The notes under the pieces are model-generated. The model was not told the origin of the DNA. It saw only the letters and a program-made list of their open reading frames with translations, and made no database searches. A DNA stretch of 64,000 nt from Gemmatimonadales bacterium (GTDB taxonomy: Bacteria > Gemmatimonadota > Gemmatimonadetes > Gemmatimonadales > GWC2-71-9): assembly GCA_035518815.1 (NCBI GenBank), contig DATIXG010000060.1:64881-128880 (forward strand), read 5' to 3'. The translations under genes and the position numbers were made by a program. Below are positions 1 through 8,708 of the stretch, in pieces. The stretch's first letter is position 1, and each line of letters opens with the position of its first letter.

Positions 1-677
1 CCCTCGGCCGGCTGGTCCTGTCCGTCGAAACGAACCGGGCCATGGCCGCTTGTCGCGGACCGTGGGGCGTGTATATCCAGGCGGACGAGGTCTTGCACGA
101 GGACGGCGTGGCGATCCTGCGCGACATGGTGCGCGGGGTCGATGGTGACGCCGGCGTCGAAGGACTACTGGTCGAGTACGTGCACCTGTACGGCGATTTC
201 GAGACCGTGGCCACGAACCGCCACTGGTACCGCCGCGAGGTTCGCGTGGTACGCCTCGGTGGCGACATCCGCTCCTTTGGTGACGCGCAGGGGTTCCGCG
301 TGGGGGCAGGCGAGCGCCGGCTGCGCGCGCGGCTGACTGGCGCGCGCATGTTCCACTACGGGTGGGCCCGGCCGCCCGCGTCGCTCCTGCGCAAGCAGCG
401 GGCGTGGCAGGAGATCTTCGCGGCAGGCCAGGAGACCGAAGCGCAGCGCGACCCCGAGGATTCACTCGAGTGGACGCCACTACTGCGTCCCTTGCGTGGG
501 GCGCACCCACGGGCCGTGGCCGAATGGGTGGCGGCCCGTCGCTCGGAGGGGGTGGCCGCGCCTCACGTCGGCCCGCGCCGCCTCCGGCCGGGCGACCTGC
601 GCTACTACATGTCCGACTGGATCGAGCGCCTGACGGGCGCCCGCATCTTCGAGTACAAGAACTACGTCGAGGTATGA
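1..677 (+). CDS. glycosyltransferase family 2-like protein, C-terminal part (5' end lies outside the window)
   Basis: The frame is open from the window edge to TGA at 675-677. The translation (..VYIQADEVLHEDGV..MFHYGWARPP..) looks like the C-terminal half of GT2-type enzymes. The stop overlaps the next gene's ATG at 674. Confidence 0.5.
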   Translation, partial: LGRLVLSVETNRAMAACRGPWGVYIQADEVLHEDGVAILRDMVRGVDGDAGVEGLLVEYVHLYGDFETVATNRHWYRREVRVVRLGGDIRSFGDAQGFRVGAGERRLRARLTGARMFHYGWARPPASLLRKQRAWQEIFAAGQETEAQRDPEDSLEWTPLLRPLRGAHPRAVAEWVAARRSEGVAAPHVGPRRLRPGDLRYYMSDWIERLTGARIFEYKNYVEV

Positions 678-1609
678 ATGGCGCGCGCGTGATCCTCGTG
701 GCCGCCTTCGACCGGCGCTACCACCGCAGCGGCTATGCGCTCGCCACGGCGCTCGCATCGCTCGGCTGCGAGGTGCGCTGTTGCGAGGAGCGCGAGCGCG
801 GCTGGCGCGCGTGGCTGGGCCAGCCCAGCTCGCTGGCCGATCGTCTGGCCGCGGAGCTGAAGCGCGAGCATACCGATCTCGTGCTCGTGTTCAAAGGCGC
901 GCGTTTGTCGCCCGTGGCCATCGCCGCCTTGCGGCGCGGCACGAAGGCGCGCTGGGCGAACTGGTTCCCCGATGACCCGCACGACTTCGAGACTTCCGTC
1001 CGGATCGCCCCCGCGTACGACTGCTTTTTCACGCACGACTCCTCGTGCCTCGACCGCCATCGCGCGGCGGGCGCGCGTGCTCACTATCTGGCGTTCGGGT
1101 GCGATCCCGACTTCCTGCGACCGCTCGAAATCCCGCGCGCGCCCCTTGTGTTCGTCGGGACGCGCGATCCGCTGCGCGAGCAGCTGTTGCGCGAAATCAC
1201 CGACCTCGGGCTGGTTGCACGCGGGCCGGGGTGGCCCGGCGGACCGGTCTACGGCGACGCGTTCGTGCGGGCGCTCGCCGGGGCGAAGGTCGGCGTGAAC
1301 GTGCATCAGCAATTCGGCACGGGGGACGTCGAGCGCTACGGCTCGGGTGCGAACATGCGCGTCTTCGAGCTGGCGGCCATCGGGACCCCGCAGCTGTCAG
1401 ACGCGAAGGGCGACATCCCGCGACACTTCACTCCCGACCGAGAGATCGTGCTCTATCGGACTGCCGCCGAGCTGCGCGAGCGCGCGAAAGCGCTGCTCGA
1501 CGACGAAGCGCTGTGCCGCTCGCTCGCTACGGCGGCGCGCGGGCGCGCGCTGCGCGAGCATACCTGGGCGCAGCGGTTGCGGGAGCTGCTCAGCGCGGCG
1601 CTGCCTTAG
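674..1609 (+). CDS. CgeB-like / group-1-type glycosyltransferase domain protein
   Basis: ATG at 674 (MNGARVILVAAFD..) lies inside the longer 362..1609 ORF. The C-terminal part (..ANMRVFELAAIGTPQLSD..EIVLYRTAAELRERAKALLDDE..) is typical of the CgeB/DUF3880 glycosyltransferase family. Confidence 0.6.
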   Translation: MNGARVILVAAFDRRYHRSGYALATALASLGCEVRCCEERERGWRAWLGQPSSLADRLAAELKREHTDLVLVFKGARLSPVAIAALRRGTKARWANWFPDDPHDFETSVRIAPAYDCFFTHDSSCLDRHRAAGARAHYLAFGCDPDFLRPLEIPRAPLVFVGTRDPLREQLLREITDLGLVARGPGWPGGPVYGDAFVRALAGAKVGVNVHQQFGTGDVERYGSGANMRVFELAAIGTPQLSDAKGDIPRHFTPDREIVLYRTAAELRERAKALLDDEALCRSLATAARGRALREHTWAQRLRELLSAALP

Positions 1610-2556
1610 GGGTTCGGGGTTGGGGCATAGGGGGTGGGAATCCCCGGCGGGAGCTTTCCAGTCTCGAGTAGAGTCTTGTACATCCTGACGTAACCTTCTG
1701 CCATTGCGAGGTGACTGAAGTATTTCACCGCATGCGCCCGGCAGGTCTCGGCGCTGCGGGTGTCGATCGTCGCGACCGCGGCGACCATGTCCTCGAGCGT
1801 GTCGCACAGCGCGCCGACTTCCGGCGTCACCAGCTCGGGCAGCGCGCCCCGCCTGGTGCCGAGCACCGGGGTGCCCGAGAACAACGCCTCAATGGTCGTC
1901 AGGCCGAAGTGCTCTTCCCACAGGGCGGGCACCCACAAGCAGCGGGCTCCCGCGAGCAGCGCGACTTTCTCTGACTCGTCCACCGTCCCGATGAACTTGA
2001 TCCCCGGCCGGAGCGTGGGCCGCCAGCCGCCCACGAGAATCAGCCGGCGTTTGGCCATCCGCGCGCCCTTGATCGCCCAACGATACCCTTTCACGCGGTG
2101 CAGGCGGCCCAGGAAGAGGTCGTAGTCGTCCTTCTGAGAGCGGAATTGGAAGTCCGCCGGGTCGAGGCCGTTGTAGACGAAGATCTCGCTGCCCTGGTGC
2201 CGGGCGTGCTTCTGCGACTGAAGGACCGTGTCGGGCGATGCGATGTATCCGGCCGGCCCCTCACCGTACATCGTTTGCAGGAAGGGACGGGACGGGCGGC
2301 GGCCCGCGAGGAACTGGACGTGAATCACGTCCACGTCGCGCGGGACGATGCTGGCGAGATCGAGGTCGTGCGAGGTGACGACGTCGGGGGGGATCTCGAT
2401 GACGCTCGCTTCGGGCACCTGCGTTCCCGGTGCGGCGACGAGGGTGACCCGGTGACCAAGCGCAGCGAGTCCGCGCGCCAGCGCGACCACCACGCGCTCG
2501 GTGCCGCCATACTTGCGGACCGGCAGGCGATAGTGGGAGACGAGGGCTACGTGCAC
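1606..2556 (-). CDS. glycosyltransferase family 4 (group 1), paralog A
   Basis: The translation VHVALVSHYRLPVRKYGGTERVVVALARGLAALGHRVTL.. has a GT4 N-terminus and an EEHFGLTTIEALFSGTPVL motif. I placed the start at GTG 2556 by alignment with MHIVVAS of the paralog at 3231..4208; the ORF is open to 2640. Confidence 0.75.
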   Translation of the reverse strand: MHVALVSHYRLPVRKYGGTERVVVALARGLAALGHRVTLVAAPGTQVPEASVIEIPPDVVTSHDLDLASIVPRDVDVIHVQFLAGRRPSRPFLQTMYGEGPAGYIASPDTVLQSQKHARHQGSEIFVYNGLDPADFQFRSQKDDYDLFLGRLHRVKGYRWAIKGARMAKRRLILVGGWRPTLRPGIKFIGTVDESEKVALLAGARCLWVPALWEEHFGLTTIEALFSGTPVLGTRRGALPELVTPEVGALCDTLEDMVAAVATIDTRSAETCRAHAVKYFSHLAMAEGYVRMYKTLLETGKLPPGIPTPYAPTPNP

Positions 2557-2679
2557 GCGACTATGGTAGCGGCGTTCTCGACGCGCTGTCCAGACAAGTG
2601 TCGGCGTCGTTGACCGCTCGTTGAGGCTCCCGCACACCATTTGATTGCGACGCTTGCCGAGAGACCTTACGTTGCCACC

Positions 2680-3225
2680 ATGTCACGCCCCGTGCCGATG
2701 ACTGCTGACGAGCTGCTTCACGCCCCGGTCGCCAACAAACGAACGGAGCTGGTGCAGGGGGTGCTCGTCGTGCGGGAGCCGCCGGGTGGGAGACATGGCT
2801 TTGTCGCCATGAACCTCGGCGTCGAGCTCAGCACGTATGTCCGGCGTACCGGTGCTGGCGCCGTATTCGCCGCCGAGACCGGGTTCAAGCTCGCGACGGA
2901 TCCGGACACGGTTCGTGCCCCCGACGTCGCATTCGTGGCCCGCGAACGCGTGCCCGCCGCGCTCACCCGAGGATATCCCGCGCTTGCCCCTGACCTCGCA
3001 GCTGAGGTCCTGTCCCCCGATGACCGTCCCGGCGAGGTATTGGCCAAGATCGCTGACTGGCTGTCGGCCGGAACGAAGCTCGTTTGGGTTGTTGATCCGG
3101 AGCGCCGTCTCGCGCGTGTCTATCGTGCTGACGGCAGTGAGCGCCTCGTTCCCGCGGGAGAGATGCTCGATGGGGAGGAGGTCGTGCCGGGATTCAGCTG
3201 TCCACTCGCAACACTGTTCGACTAG
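2680..3225 (+). CDS. Uma2 family (DUF820) restriction-endonuclease-fold protein
   Basis: MSRPVPMTADELL.. with the APDVAFV and PDLAAEVLSPDD motifs characteristic of Uma2/DUF820. The start is ATG 2680, inside the TTG-initiated ORF at 2641. Confidence 0.75.
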   Translation: MSRPVPMTADELLHAPVANKRTELVQGVLVVREPPGGRHGFVAMNLGVELSTYVRRTGAGAVFAAETGFKLATDPDTVRAPDVAFVARERVPAALTRGYPALAPDLAAEVLSPDDRPGEVLAKIADWLSAGTKLVWVVDPERRLARVYRADGSERLVPAGEMLDGEEVVPGFSCPLATLFD

Positions 3226-3230
3226 GTATG

Positions 3231-4208
3231 TCATCCTGAGCGCCGATGTCGCGAAGGATCTGTGGCGCTCGCGGGTGTAGGCCGCCCCGCCGGCAGCGTC
3301 CCTGATTCGAGCAGAGTCCGGTACATCCGCACGTATTCTTCCGCCATCACGACGTGCGTGAAATACCGCTCGGCGTGGGCGCGGCACGCCAGCGGATCGC
3401 GCGTGTGAATCGTCTCGGCGGCGACAATCATCTCATCCATCGTGCGCGACAGCGCCCCGACCTCGGGCGTGATCAGCTCGGGCAGCGCCCCCCGCCGCGT
3501 CGCAAGCACAGGCGTCCCCGAGAACAATGCCTCGATGGTCACCAACCCGAACGGCTCGTCCCACTCGGCGGGATTCCACAGGCAGCGCGCCCGCGCCAGT
3601 AGCGCGGCCTTCGCGCCGTCCTCGACCTCACCGACGTACTTGACCGACCCCGTGAACGTCGGCCGCCAGCCACCCGCCACAATCAGCGGATGCCCCGTGC
3701 GCCGCGCGGCCTCGATCGCCCAATGGTATCCCTTGGTGCGATGCAGCTTGCCGAGGAACAGGTCGTACTGATCGGGACGCTTCGCGAACCGACGCGCGAA
3801 ATACGCCGCCGGATCGAGCCCGTTGTAGACGAACACCGTGCTGCCATGGCGACTTGCATGGTCGCGCGACAAGTAGATGGCGTTTGGGGGATGAGCCGAG
3901 CCCGCCTTCAGGTTGCCGTGCACCGTCTGGACGACCGGCACGCGGTCGGGCGCATGCGCCACCGGAAAGTGCACGTGCAGGAGATCCGCATCATCCGGAA
4001 TGTGCTGCGCGACCAATTTCGGGTCCGCGAACTTTCCGGGAGCGATGCCGACCACCGCTGCGTCGGCGACTCGGCTGCCCGGCGGCGCGAGCAGCGTCAC
4101 CCGGTGGCCCAGTACCGCGAGCCCGCGCACCAGCGCGACCACCACGCGCTGCGGCCCACCGTAGCCCTTGGCCGGCAAGACCTGGTTCGACGCGACGACG
4201 ATGTGCAT
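3231..4208 (-). CDS. glycosyltransferase family 4 (group 1), paralog B
   Basis: MHIVVASNQVLPAKGYGGPQRVVVALVRGLAVLGHRVTL..DEPFGLVTIEALFSGTPVL.. is collinear with and clearly similar to the 1606..2556 product. Confidence 0.8.
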   Translation of the reverse strand: MHIVVASNQVLPAKGYGGPQRVVVALVRGLAVLGHRVTLLAPPGSRVADAAVVGIAPGKFADPKLVAQHIPDDADLLHVHFPVAHAPDRVPVVQTVHGNLKAGSAHPPNAIYLSRDHASRHGSTVFVYNGLDPAAYFARRFAKRPDQYDLFLGKLHRTKGYHWAIEAARRTGHPLIVAGGWRPTFTGSVKYVGEVEDGAKAALLARARCLWNPAEWDEPFGLVTIEALFSGTPVLATRRGALPELITPEVGALSRTMDEMIVAAETIHTRDPLACRAHAERYFTHVVMAEEYVRMYRTLLESGTLPAGRPTPASATDPSRHRRSG

Positions 4209-4217
4209 CGCGCTAAG

Positions 4218-5027
4218 CTACGGCCCCAGCGAGCCGCGGCCGGAGGGACCGTCGCCGGGCGACTCCGGGGAGTGGGGAGTGGCGGTTGTCGGGAGTCGAG
4301 CCCAAGACGGTCCCTCCAGCCGCAGCCACCGGAGTCGAAACAGGGTCCACCGCAGGCGCCTCGGGGTCGTGTGTTGATCGATCCACAGGCGCGTGAGCCG
4401 GAACGGGTCCGTGCGCCTCGTGTTCATGCGCGGTCGGGCGATCACAGCGGCCTCGTACCCCGCCTGGCGCGCGAGGTCTCGCACCGCCTTGTTCTGCTTG
4501 CCGTATGGATAGCACAGCACGGTGACGGGCGCGCCCAGCAGGCGCGTGAGCGCGGCGCGCGAGCCGGTCAACTGCTCGAGCGCCTGCTCGGCCGGGATCA
4601 TCGTGAGCGCCGGATGGGTGCGGGTGTGGGATTCGAAACGGATGCCGGCCGCCTGCATCTGGGCGATCTCCCCCGCGCCGAGCAGCGGCTCGACGGGCTC
4701 GGGCGGGTCCCAGGAGTTCGTCTTGCCTACGTGATCCGAAACGAGAAACACGGTCGCACTGAAGCCGAATTTCCGGAGCGGGGGCAGGGCGAACCTCGCC
4801 AGCGATCGGTAGCCGTCGTCGAAGGTGATGATGATCGGCCGCCGGGGCAGGGTACCGTCGCCCCGCCGGTACGCGAGCCACCCGGCGAAGGAAATCGTCT
4901 CGTAGCCGAGCTGCCGCAGGGTCGCGAGTTGGGCCTCGAATTGTTCGGGCGGAACGTAGAGTCGGGGCGAGCGGGCCTGCGGTGGAATCCGATCCACGCC
5001 GTGGTACATCAGGATCGGCAGCCTCAT
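4218..5027 (-). CDS. polysaccharide deacetylase (CE4 family)
   Basis: MRLPILMYHGV..IIITFDDGYRS..FLVSDHVG..ESHTRTHP.. are the NodB/CE4 motifs. The start overlaps the upstream gene's stop by 4 nt. Confidence 0.85.
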   Translation of the reverse strand: MRLPILMYHGVDRIPPQARSPRLYVPPEQFEAQLATLRQLGYETISFAGWLAYRRGDGTLPRRPIIITFDDGYRSLARFALPPLRKFGFSATVFLVSDHVGKTNSWDPPEPVEPLLGAGEIAQMQAAGIRFESHTRTHPALTMIPAEQALEQLTGSRAALTRLLGAPVTVLCYPYGKQNKAVRDLARQAGYEAAVIARPRMNTRRTDPFRLTRLWIDQHTTPRRLRWTLFRLRWLRLEGPSWARLPTTATPHSPESPGDGPSGRGSLGP

Positions 5028-5785
5028 CCCGCGGCCGAACGCTCCGTCATGTCCCAGAGATAGGCGTACTTGAGGAACGCCGAGTAGGCCGTGAGCGCGG
5101 AGGCTACGAAGCCGTAGCGGCCATCGAGGAAGCTCCCGTAGATGACGTAGTCACGCACGAACCGCCACCACGGGCGCAGCACGAGATCCCACAGGCTCGC
5201 GCGCCGGCCCCGGGCGTGCAGCTCCTCGGCGCCCCAGCGGGCGTAGGCGATCATCTTCTCGAGATGGTGCGTCAGGTCGCGATAGGGGACATGCCGGATG
5301 GTGCCGTTGAGCGTCCCGACGTCGGTGATGGATTCGAGATCGGGATGGATCCGCGAATCCGCAAAGCGGCGGTCGCGGGTAAACAGACGCACGTGCCAGT
5401 CACGGCCCCAGCGGCCGCGGTGACGCACCCGTCCCAGGTAGACGTTCTCGAAGCGAATGCGGTACGCCTGATGCCTGGGCGCCTCGACCACGCCGGCGAG
5501 ATCCTCCCGCAGGGAGGCCGTCACTCGCTCGTCGGCGTCGAGCGCCAGCACCCAGTGATGGCGCGCTGCCTCGATGGCGGCGTTGCGCTGCGCGCCGAGC
5601 GAGCGGCCGCGCAGCTCGATCACCCGCGCCCCGAGGCGCCGCGCGATCGCCACCGTGTCGTCGCTCGAGCCGCCGTCCGCCACGATCACATCATCCGCCC
5701 AGCTGAGCGACGGCACGAGCTCGGCGATGTGCGTCGCCTCGTTGAGCGTCGGGATCACCACGGTGAGCGGCAGCTTGGCGGACAT
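5024..5785 (-). CDS. glycosyltransferase family 2
   Basis: MSAKLPLTVVIPTLNEATHI..DDVIVADGGSSDDT..LALDADE is a GT2 signature. I chose ATG 5785 because GAGGA lies 7 nt upstream; the ORF is open to 5878. Confidence 0.8.
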   Translation of the reverse strand: MSAKLPLTVVIPTLNEATHIAELVPSLSWADDVIVADGGSSDDTVAIARRLGARVIELRGRSLGAQRNAAIEAARHHWVLALDADERVTASLREDLAGVVEAPRHQAYRIRFENVYLGRVRHRGRWGRDWHVRLFTRDRRFADSRIHPDLESITDVGTLNGTIRHVPYRDLTHHLEKMIAYARWGAEELHARGRRASLWDLVLRPWWRFVRDYVIYGSFLDGRYGFVASALTAYSAFLKYAYLWDMTERSAAG

Positions 5786-5809
5786 GGCGTCCTCGTGTGC
5801 GGAAGCCCC

Positions 5810-5817
5810 ATTATACT
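5810..5817. promoter_or_regulatory. overlapping divergent -10 elements (TATACT on plus, TATAAT on minus)
   Basis: The sequence is cATTATACTg. The plus-strand TATACT ends 8 nt before GTG 5826. The minus-strand TATAAT lies 24 nt before ATG 5785, which has a GAGGA SD sequence. Confidence 0.45.
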
Positions 5818-5825
5818 GCGTGCCT

Positions 5826-7022
5826 GTGTCTCCCGCGCTCCTCCTTGCGCAAGACTTCCCCCCGATGGGCGGCGGCATCGCGCGCTTTCACGGCGAGCTG
5901 GTCCGTCATTACCCCGCGGGCGAGCTGTTCGTCTCCACGCCGCAGGACCCCGACGCCGCCGAGGTGGACGCGCAGTTCGGCGGCGTCGTGGACCGTCTGC
6001 CGATCAGCCGCCGCGTCACCAAATCCCTGCCGGGACTCCTGTTTTGGTCGCGGCATGCATCAGCCCTGGCGCGTCGAAGTGGCGCCCGCTTCCTGTACTG
6101 CGGCAACATCAAGCCGGCAGGATACCCGGCGCGCTGGGTGCACGAGCGGACCGGCATCCCCTATTGCGTCTTCCTCTATGGCGCCGACCTCCTGTCGGAG
6201 CAGCATAAGTACCATGGCTCCGTCCTGAAGCGGCGCACCGCGCGCGCCATCCTCGGGGGCGCGGCGGCGCTCGTCGCCATCAGCACCTGGACGCGTGACC
6301 TCGCGCTCACGGTCCTGGGCGAGCTGGGGCTCGACGGCCACGGCCAGCGCCTGCGTGTCGTCCACCTCGGCACCGATCCCGAGCGGTTCCGACCTGGGAT
6401 CGATGCGCGCGCATTGCGGGAGCGGCTCGGCCTCGAGGATGGAGGCGCGCGCTGGCTGCTCACCGTCGCGCGGCTCGAAATGCACAAGGGCGTGGACACC
6501 GTGCTGGGTGCGCTGCCCGCGATCCTTGAGCGCGCGCCCGACGTGCGCTACGCGGTCGCGGGGCGCGGACCCGCCCGCGAGCGCCTCGAAAAGCTCGCGC
6601 ACAAGATCGGCGTGGCGGACAAGGTGCGGTTTCTCGGCGAGGTGGGCGAGCACGACCTGCCCGCCCTCTACAACCTCGCGTCCGTCTACGTGGGCGCGTC
6701 ACGCCGCGCCGATCGGATCAGCGTCGAGGGGTTCGGCATCTCGCTCGTCGAAGCGTCGGCGTGCGGGCTGCCCGTCGTGGCGGGAAATTCAGGTGGTGTC
6801 GCTGACGCCGTTCGAAATGGGGAGACGGGCCTGCTGGTCGAACCCGAGGACGGCGCCGCAGTGACCGAGGCAGTGTGCCGCCTGCTCGCCGACGAGCCTC
6901 TGGCCCAACGGCTCGCTGCCGCGGGCCGCCAGGAAGTCGAGCGCTACTACAACTGGGACCGGGTTGTGCGCGACTTGCGCGCAATCGAGAGCGAGGTCGA
7001 GGCAGCTAAGAAGCGGACGTAG
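5826..7022 (+). CDS. glycosyltransferase family 4
   Basis: ..LLLAQDFPPMGGGIARF.. and ..EGFGISLVEASACGLPVVAGNSGGV.. are the GT4 EX7E region. The start is uncertain: GTG 5826 is preferred, with GTG 5820 or ATG 5865 as alternatives. Confidence 0.75.
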   Translation: MSPALLLAQDFPPMGGGIARFHGELVRHYPAGELFVSTPQDPDAAEVDAQFGGVVDRLPISRRVTKSLPGLLFWSRHASALARRSGARFLYCGNIKPAGYPARWVHERTGIPYCVFLYGADLLSEQHKYHGSVLKRRTARAILGGAAALVAISTWTRDLALTVLGELGLDGHGQRLRVVHLGTDPERFRPGIDARALRERLGLEDGGARWLLTVARLEMHKGVDTVLGALPAILERAPDVRYAVAGRGPARERLEKLAHKIGVADKVRFLGEVGEHDLPALYNLASVYVGASRRADRISVEGFGISLVEASACGLPVVAGNSGGVADAVRNGETGLLVEPEDGAAVTEAVCRLLADEPLAQRLAAAGRQEVERYYNWDRVVRDLRAIESEVEAAKKRT

Positions 7023-7620
7023 CGGCCGGCGGCTCGATCCGGATGCTGTCATCCTGGATGCTGATGCGGGCGCCGGGCCGCTTGGCGAGCACGAACGCGC
7101 GGAGCTCGTCAATCGAGGGATAGGCAGGATCGCTCCCGAACGCCCGCGCATCATCGATGACGATCACGTGCCCCAGGTCTCTGGCGCCGAGGATCTGGTC
7201 CAGCTCCTCGTAGATCGGGGTGTCTTTCTGTCCTCGCGCCGTCTCTCCCGCGGAGTAGTGTCCGTCCAGCCAGAACAGCGACGGTCGATCGAGCCGCTCC
7301 ACCACACGACGCAACTCCGTGGCGCTGTCTCCCTGAATCAGCTCGACATGGGCAACGCGCTTGAACCGCTTCCGCGCCGCGGTGAATAGGTCCTGGCCCA
7401 GCTCGATGGAGACGATTTTCTCGAACACCGGCCGCATTGCCTCCACCATGTCGCCCCGATATGTCCCGGTCTCAACCAGCGTCCGCAGGCCGTAGCGCTC
7501 CGCGTATGCGCGCAGCAGCCGCTGTTTCACGATGTGCGGTGGAGGGACGGGGCGCCCGCGGCGCTCCCACTCCTCGAGCGTGCGCCGGTCCCGTCTCGCG
7601 CGAAGCCATTGGCGGATCAT
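7006..7620 (-). CDS. class I SAM-dependent methyltransferase-like protein
   Basis: MIRQWLRAR..LVETGTYRGDM..FWLDGHYS..VIVIDDARAF suggests a Rossmann-type methyltransferase fold. It overlaps the 3' end of the GT4 gene convergently by 17 nt. Confidence 0.55.
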   Translation of the reverse strand: MIRQWLRARRDRRTLEEWERRGRPVPPPHIVKQRLLRAYAERYGLRTLVETGTYRGDMVEAMRPVFEKIVSIELGQDLFTAARKRFKRVAHVELIQGDSATELRRVVERLDRPSLFWLDGHYSAGETARGQKDTPIYEELDQILGARDLGHVIVIDDARAFGSDPAYPSIDELRAFVLAKRPGARISIQDDSIRIEPPAATSAS

Positions 7621-7667
7621 CGGTCCCGCAAAGCTAGCGCGCGCGACTGCGCGGCGCGGGATCGTGA

Positions 7668-7676
7668 TGCTATACT
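7668..7676 (+). promoter_or_regulatory. extended -10 element TGCTATACT, 7 nt upstream of the epimerase ATG (leaderless candidate)
   Basis: TGCTATACT-ggtggac-ATG. There is no room for an SD sequence. Confidence 0.45.
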
Positions 7677-7683
7677 GGTGGAC

Positions 7684-8664
7684 ATGAAACGAGCACTGGT
7701 GTGCGGCGCGGGCGGGTTCATCGCGAGCCACCTGGTCACCCGGCTCAAGCGCGAGGGATACTGGGTCCGCGGCGTGGATGTGAAGCGGCCGGAGTTCTCA
7801 CCCTCGACGGCCGACGAGTTCAAGCTGCACGACCTGCGGGAGCCCGACGCGTGCGCGGCCGCGCTCGCGCGGGACGGTGGCGCCTTCGACGAGGTCTATC
7901 AGCTCGCAGCCGACATGGGCGGGATGGGCTTCATCCATTCGGCCGAGTGCGAGATCATGCGCAACAACGCGCTGATCAATCTCAGCATGATCCACGCCGC
8001 CGCCGCCGCCGGGATCGAGCGCTACTTCTTCTCGTCCTCCGTGTGCATCTACCGCGACATGAAGCCCGGGGAGCCGGAGCTGACAGAGGCCCAAGCCTAC
8101 CCCGCCATGCCGGACAACGAATACGGCTGGGAGAAGCTCTACGCCGAGCGCGTGGCGCAGGCCTTTGGCAGAAAACACGGGTTCGCGGTGCGCATCGCGC
8201 GGTTTCAGAACTGCTACGGGCCCGATGGCACCTGGACGGGCGGGCGGGAAAAGGCCCCGGCTGCCATCTGCCGCAAGGTCGCCAGCTCGACGGACGGGAC
8301 GATCGAGGTGTGGGGTGACGGCACGGCGATTCGTTCCTACACGTATGTCGACGACATGGTGGACGGCATCTATCGCCTGACGCACTCGGCGCTCGAAGGG
8401 CCCGTGAATATCGGGAGCCCTGAGTACGTCTCCGTCAACGAGCTGGTGAGAACCGTCGCCGACGTGGCCGGGAAGAGCATCAAGATCAAGCACGTCTCGG
8501 GCCCCGTCGGCGTGCAGTCGCGGAATTTCTCGAACGAGCGCATCTACTCGACCGGCTGGAAGTCGCGGTTCTCGCTCAAGGATGGCATTGCGCGCACCTA
8601 TCCGTGGGTGCTCGCGCAGGTGCAGGCGCAGCGCAGTGGCGCCCGTTCGGCGGTCGTGGCATAG
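7684..8664 (+). CDS. NAD-dependent epimerase, GDP-mannose 3,5-epimerase-like
   Basis: MKRALVCGAGGFIASHLV..LAADMGGMGFI..YGWEKL..FQNCYGPDGTWTGGREKAPAAICRK closely follows the GME family pattern (AADMGGMGFI, GTWxGGREKAPAAFCRK). Confidence 0.75.
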   Translation: MKRALVCGAGGFIASHLVTRLKREGYWVRGVDVKRPEFSPSTADEFKLHDLREPDACAAALARDGGAFDEVYQLAADMGGMGFIHSAECEIMRNNALINLSMIHAAAAAGIERYFFSSSVCIYRDMKPGEPELTEAQAYPAMPDNEYGWEKLYAERVAQAFGRKHGFAVRIARFQNCYGPDGTWTGGREKAPAAICRKVASSTDGTIEVWGDGTAIRSYTYVDDMVDGIYRLTHSALEGPVNIGSPEYVSVNELVRTVADVAGKSIKIKHVSGPVGVQSRNFSNERIYSTGWKSRFSLKDGIARTYPWVLAQVQAQRSGARSAVVA

Positions 8665-8668
8665 CCCT

Positions 8669-8708
8669 TACCGCCTCCTACCGCCTCCTACCGCTCCGTA
8701 CCGTCACA
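8669..8708. repeat. tandem decamer repeat (TACCGCCTCC x2, then two degenerate units)
   Basis: It fills the 39-nt gap between the convergent epimerase and GT11 genes and overlaps the GT11 stop codon. Confidence 0.8.

Noticed and set aside
2680-3225. Uma2 (and the HNH gene at 20583) as part of a mobile element or a restriction/defence island.
   Set aside because: I could see no flanking inverted repeats, integrase, transposase, methyltransferase partner or tRNA-adjacent junction. The neighbours are ordinary biosynthetic or housekeeping genes.
8669-8708. A possible CRISPR array, given the direct repeats here and at 17261 and 58447.
   Set aside because: The units are 10 nt and directly abutting, with no spacers. 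Two of the arrays are inside conserved genes, and no cas genes are present. They are microsatellite-like repeats, not CRISPR.
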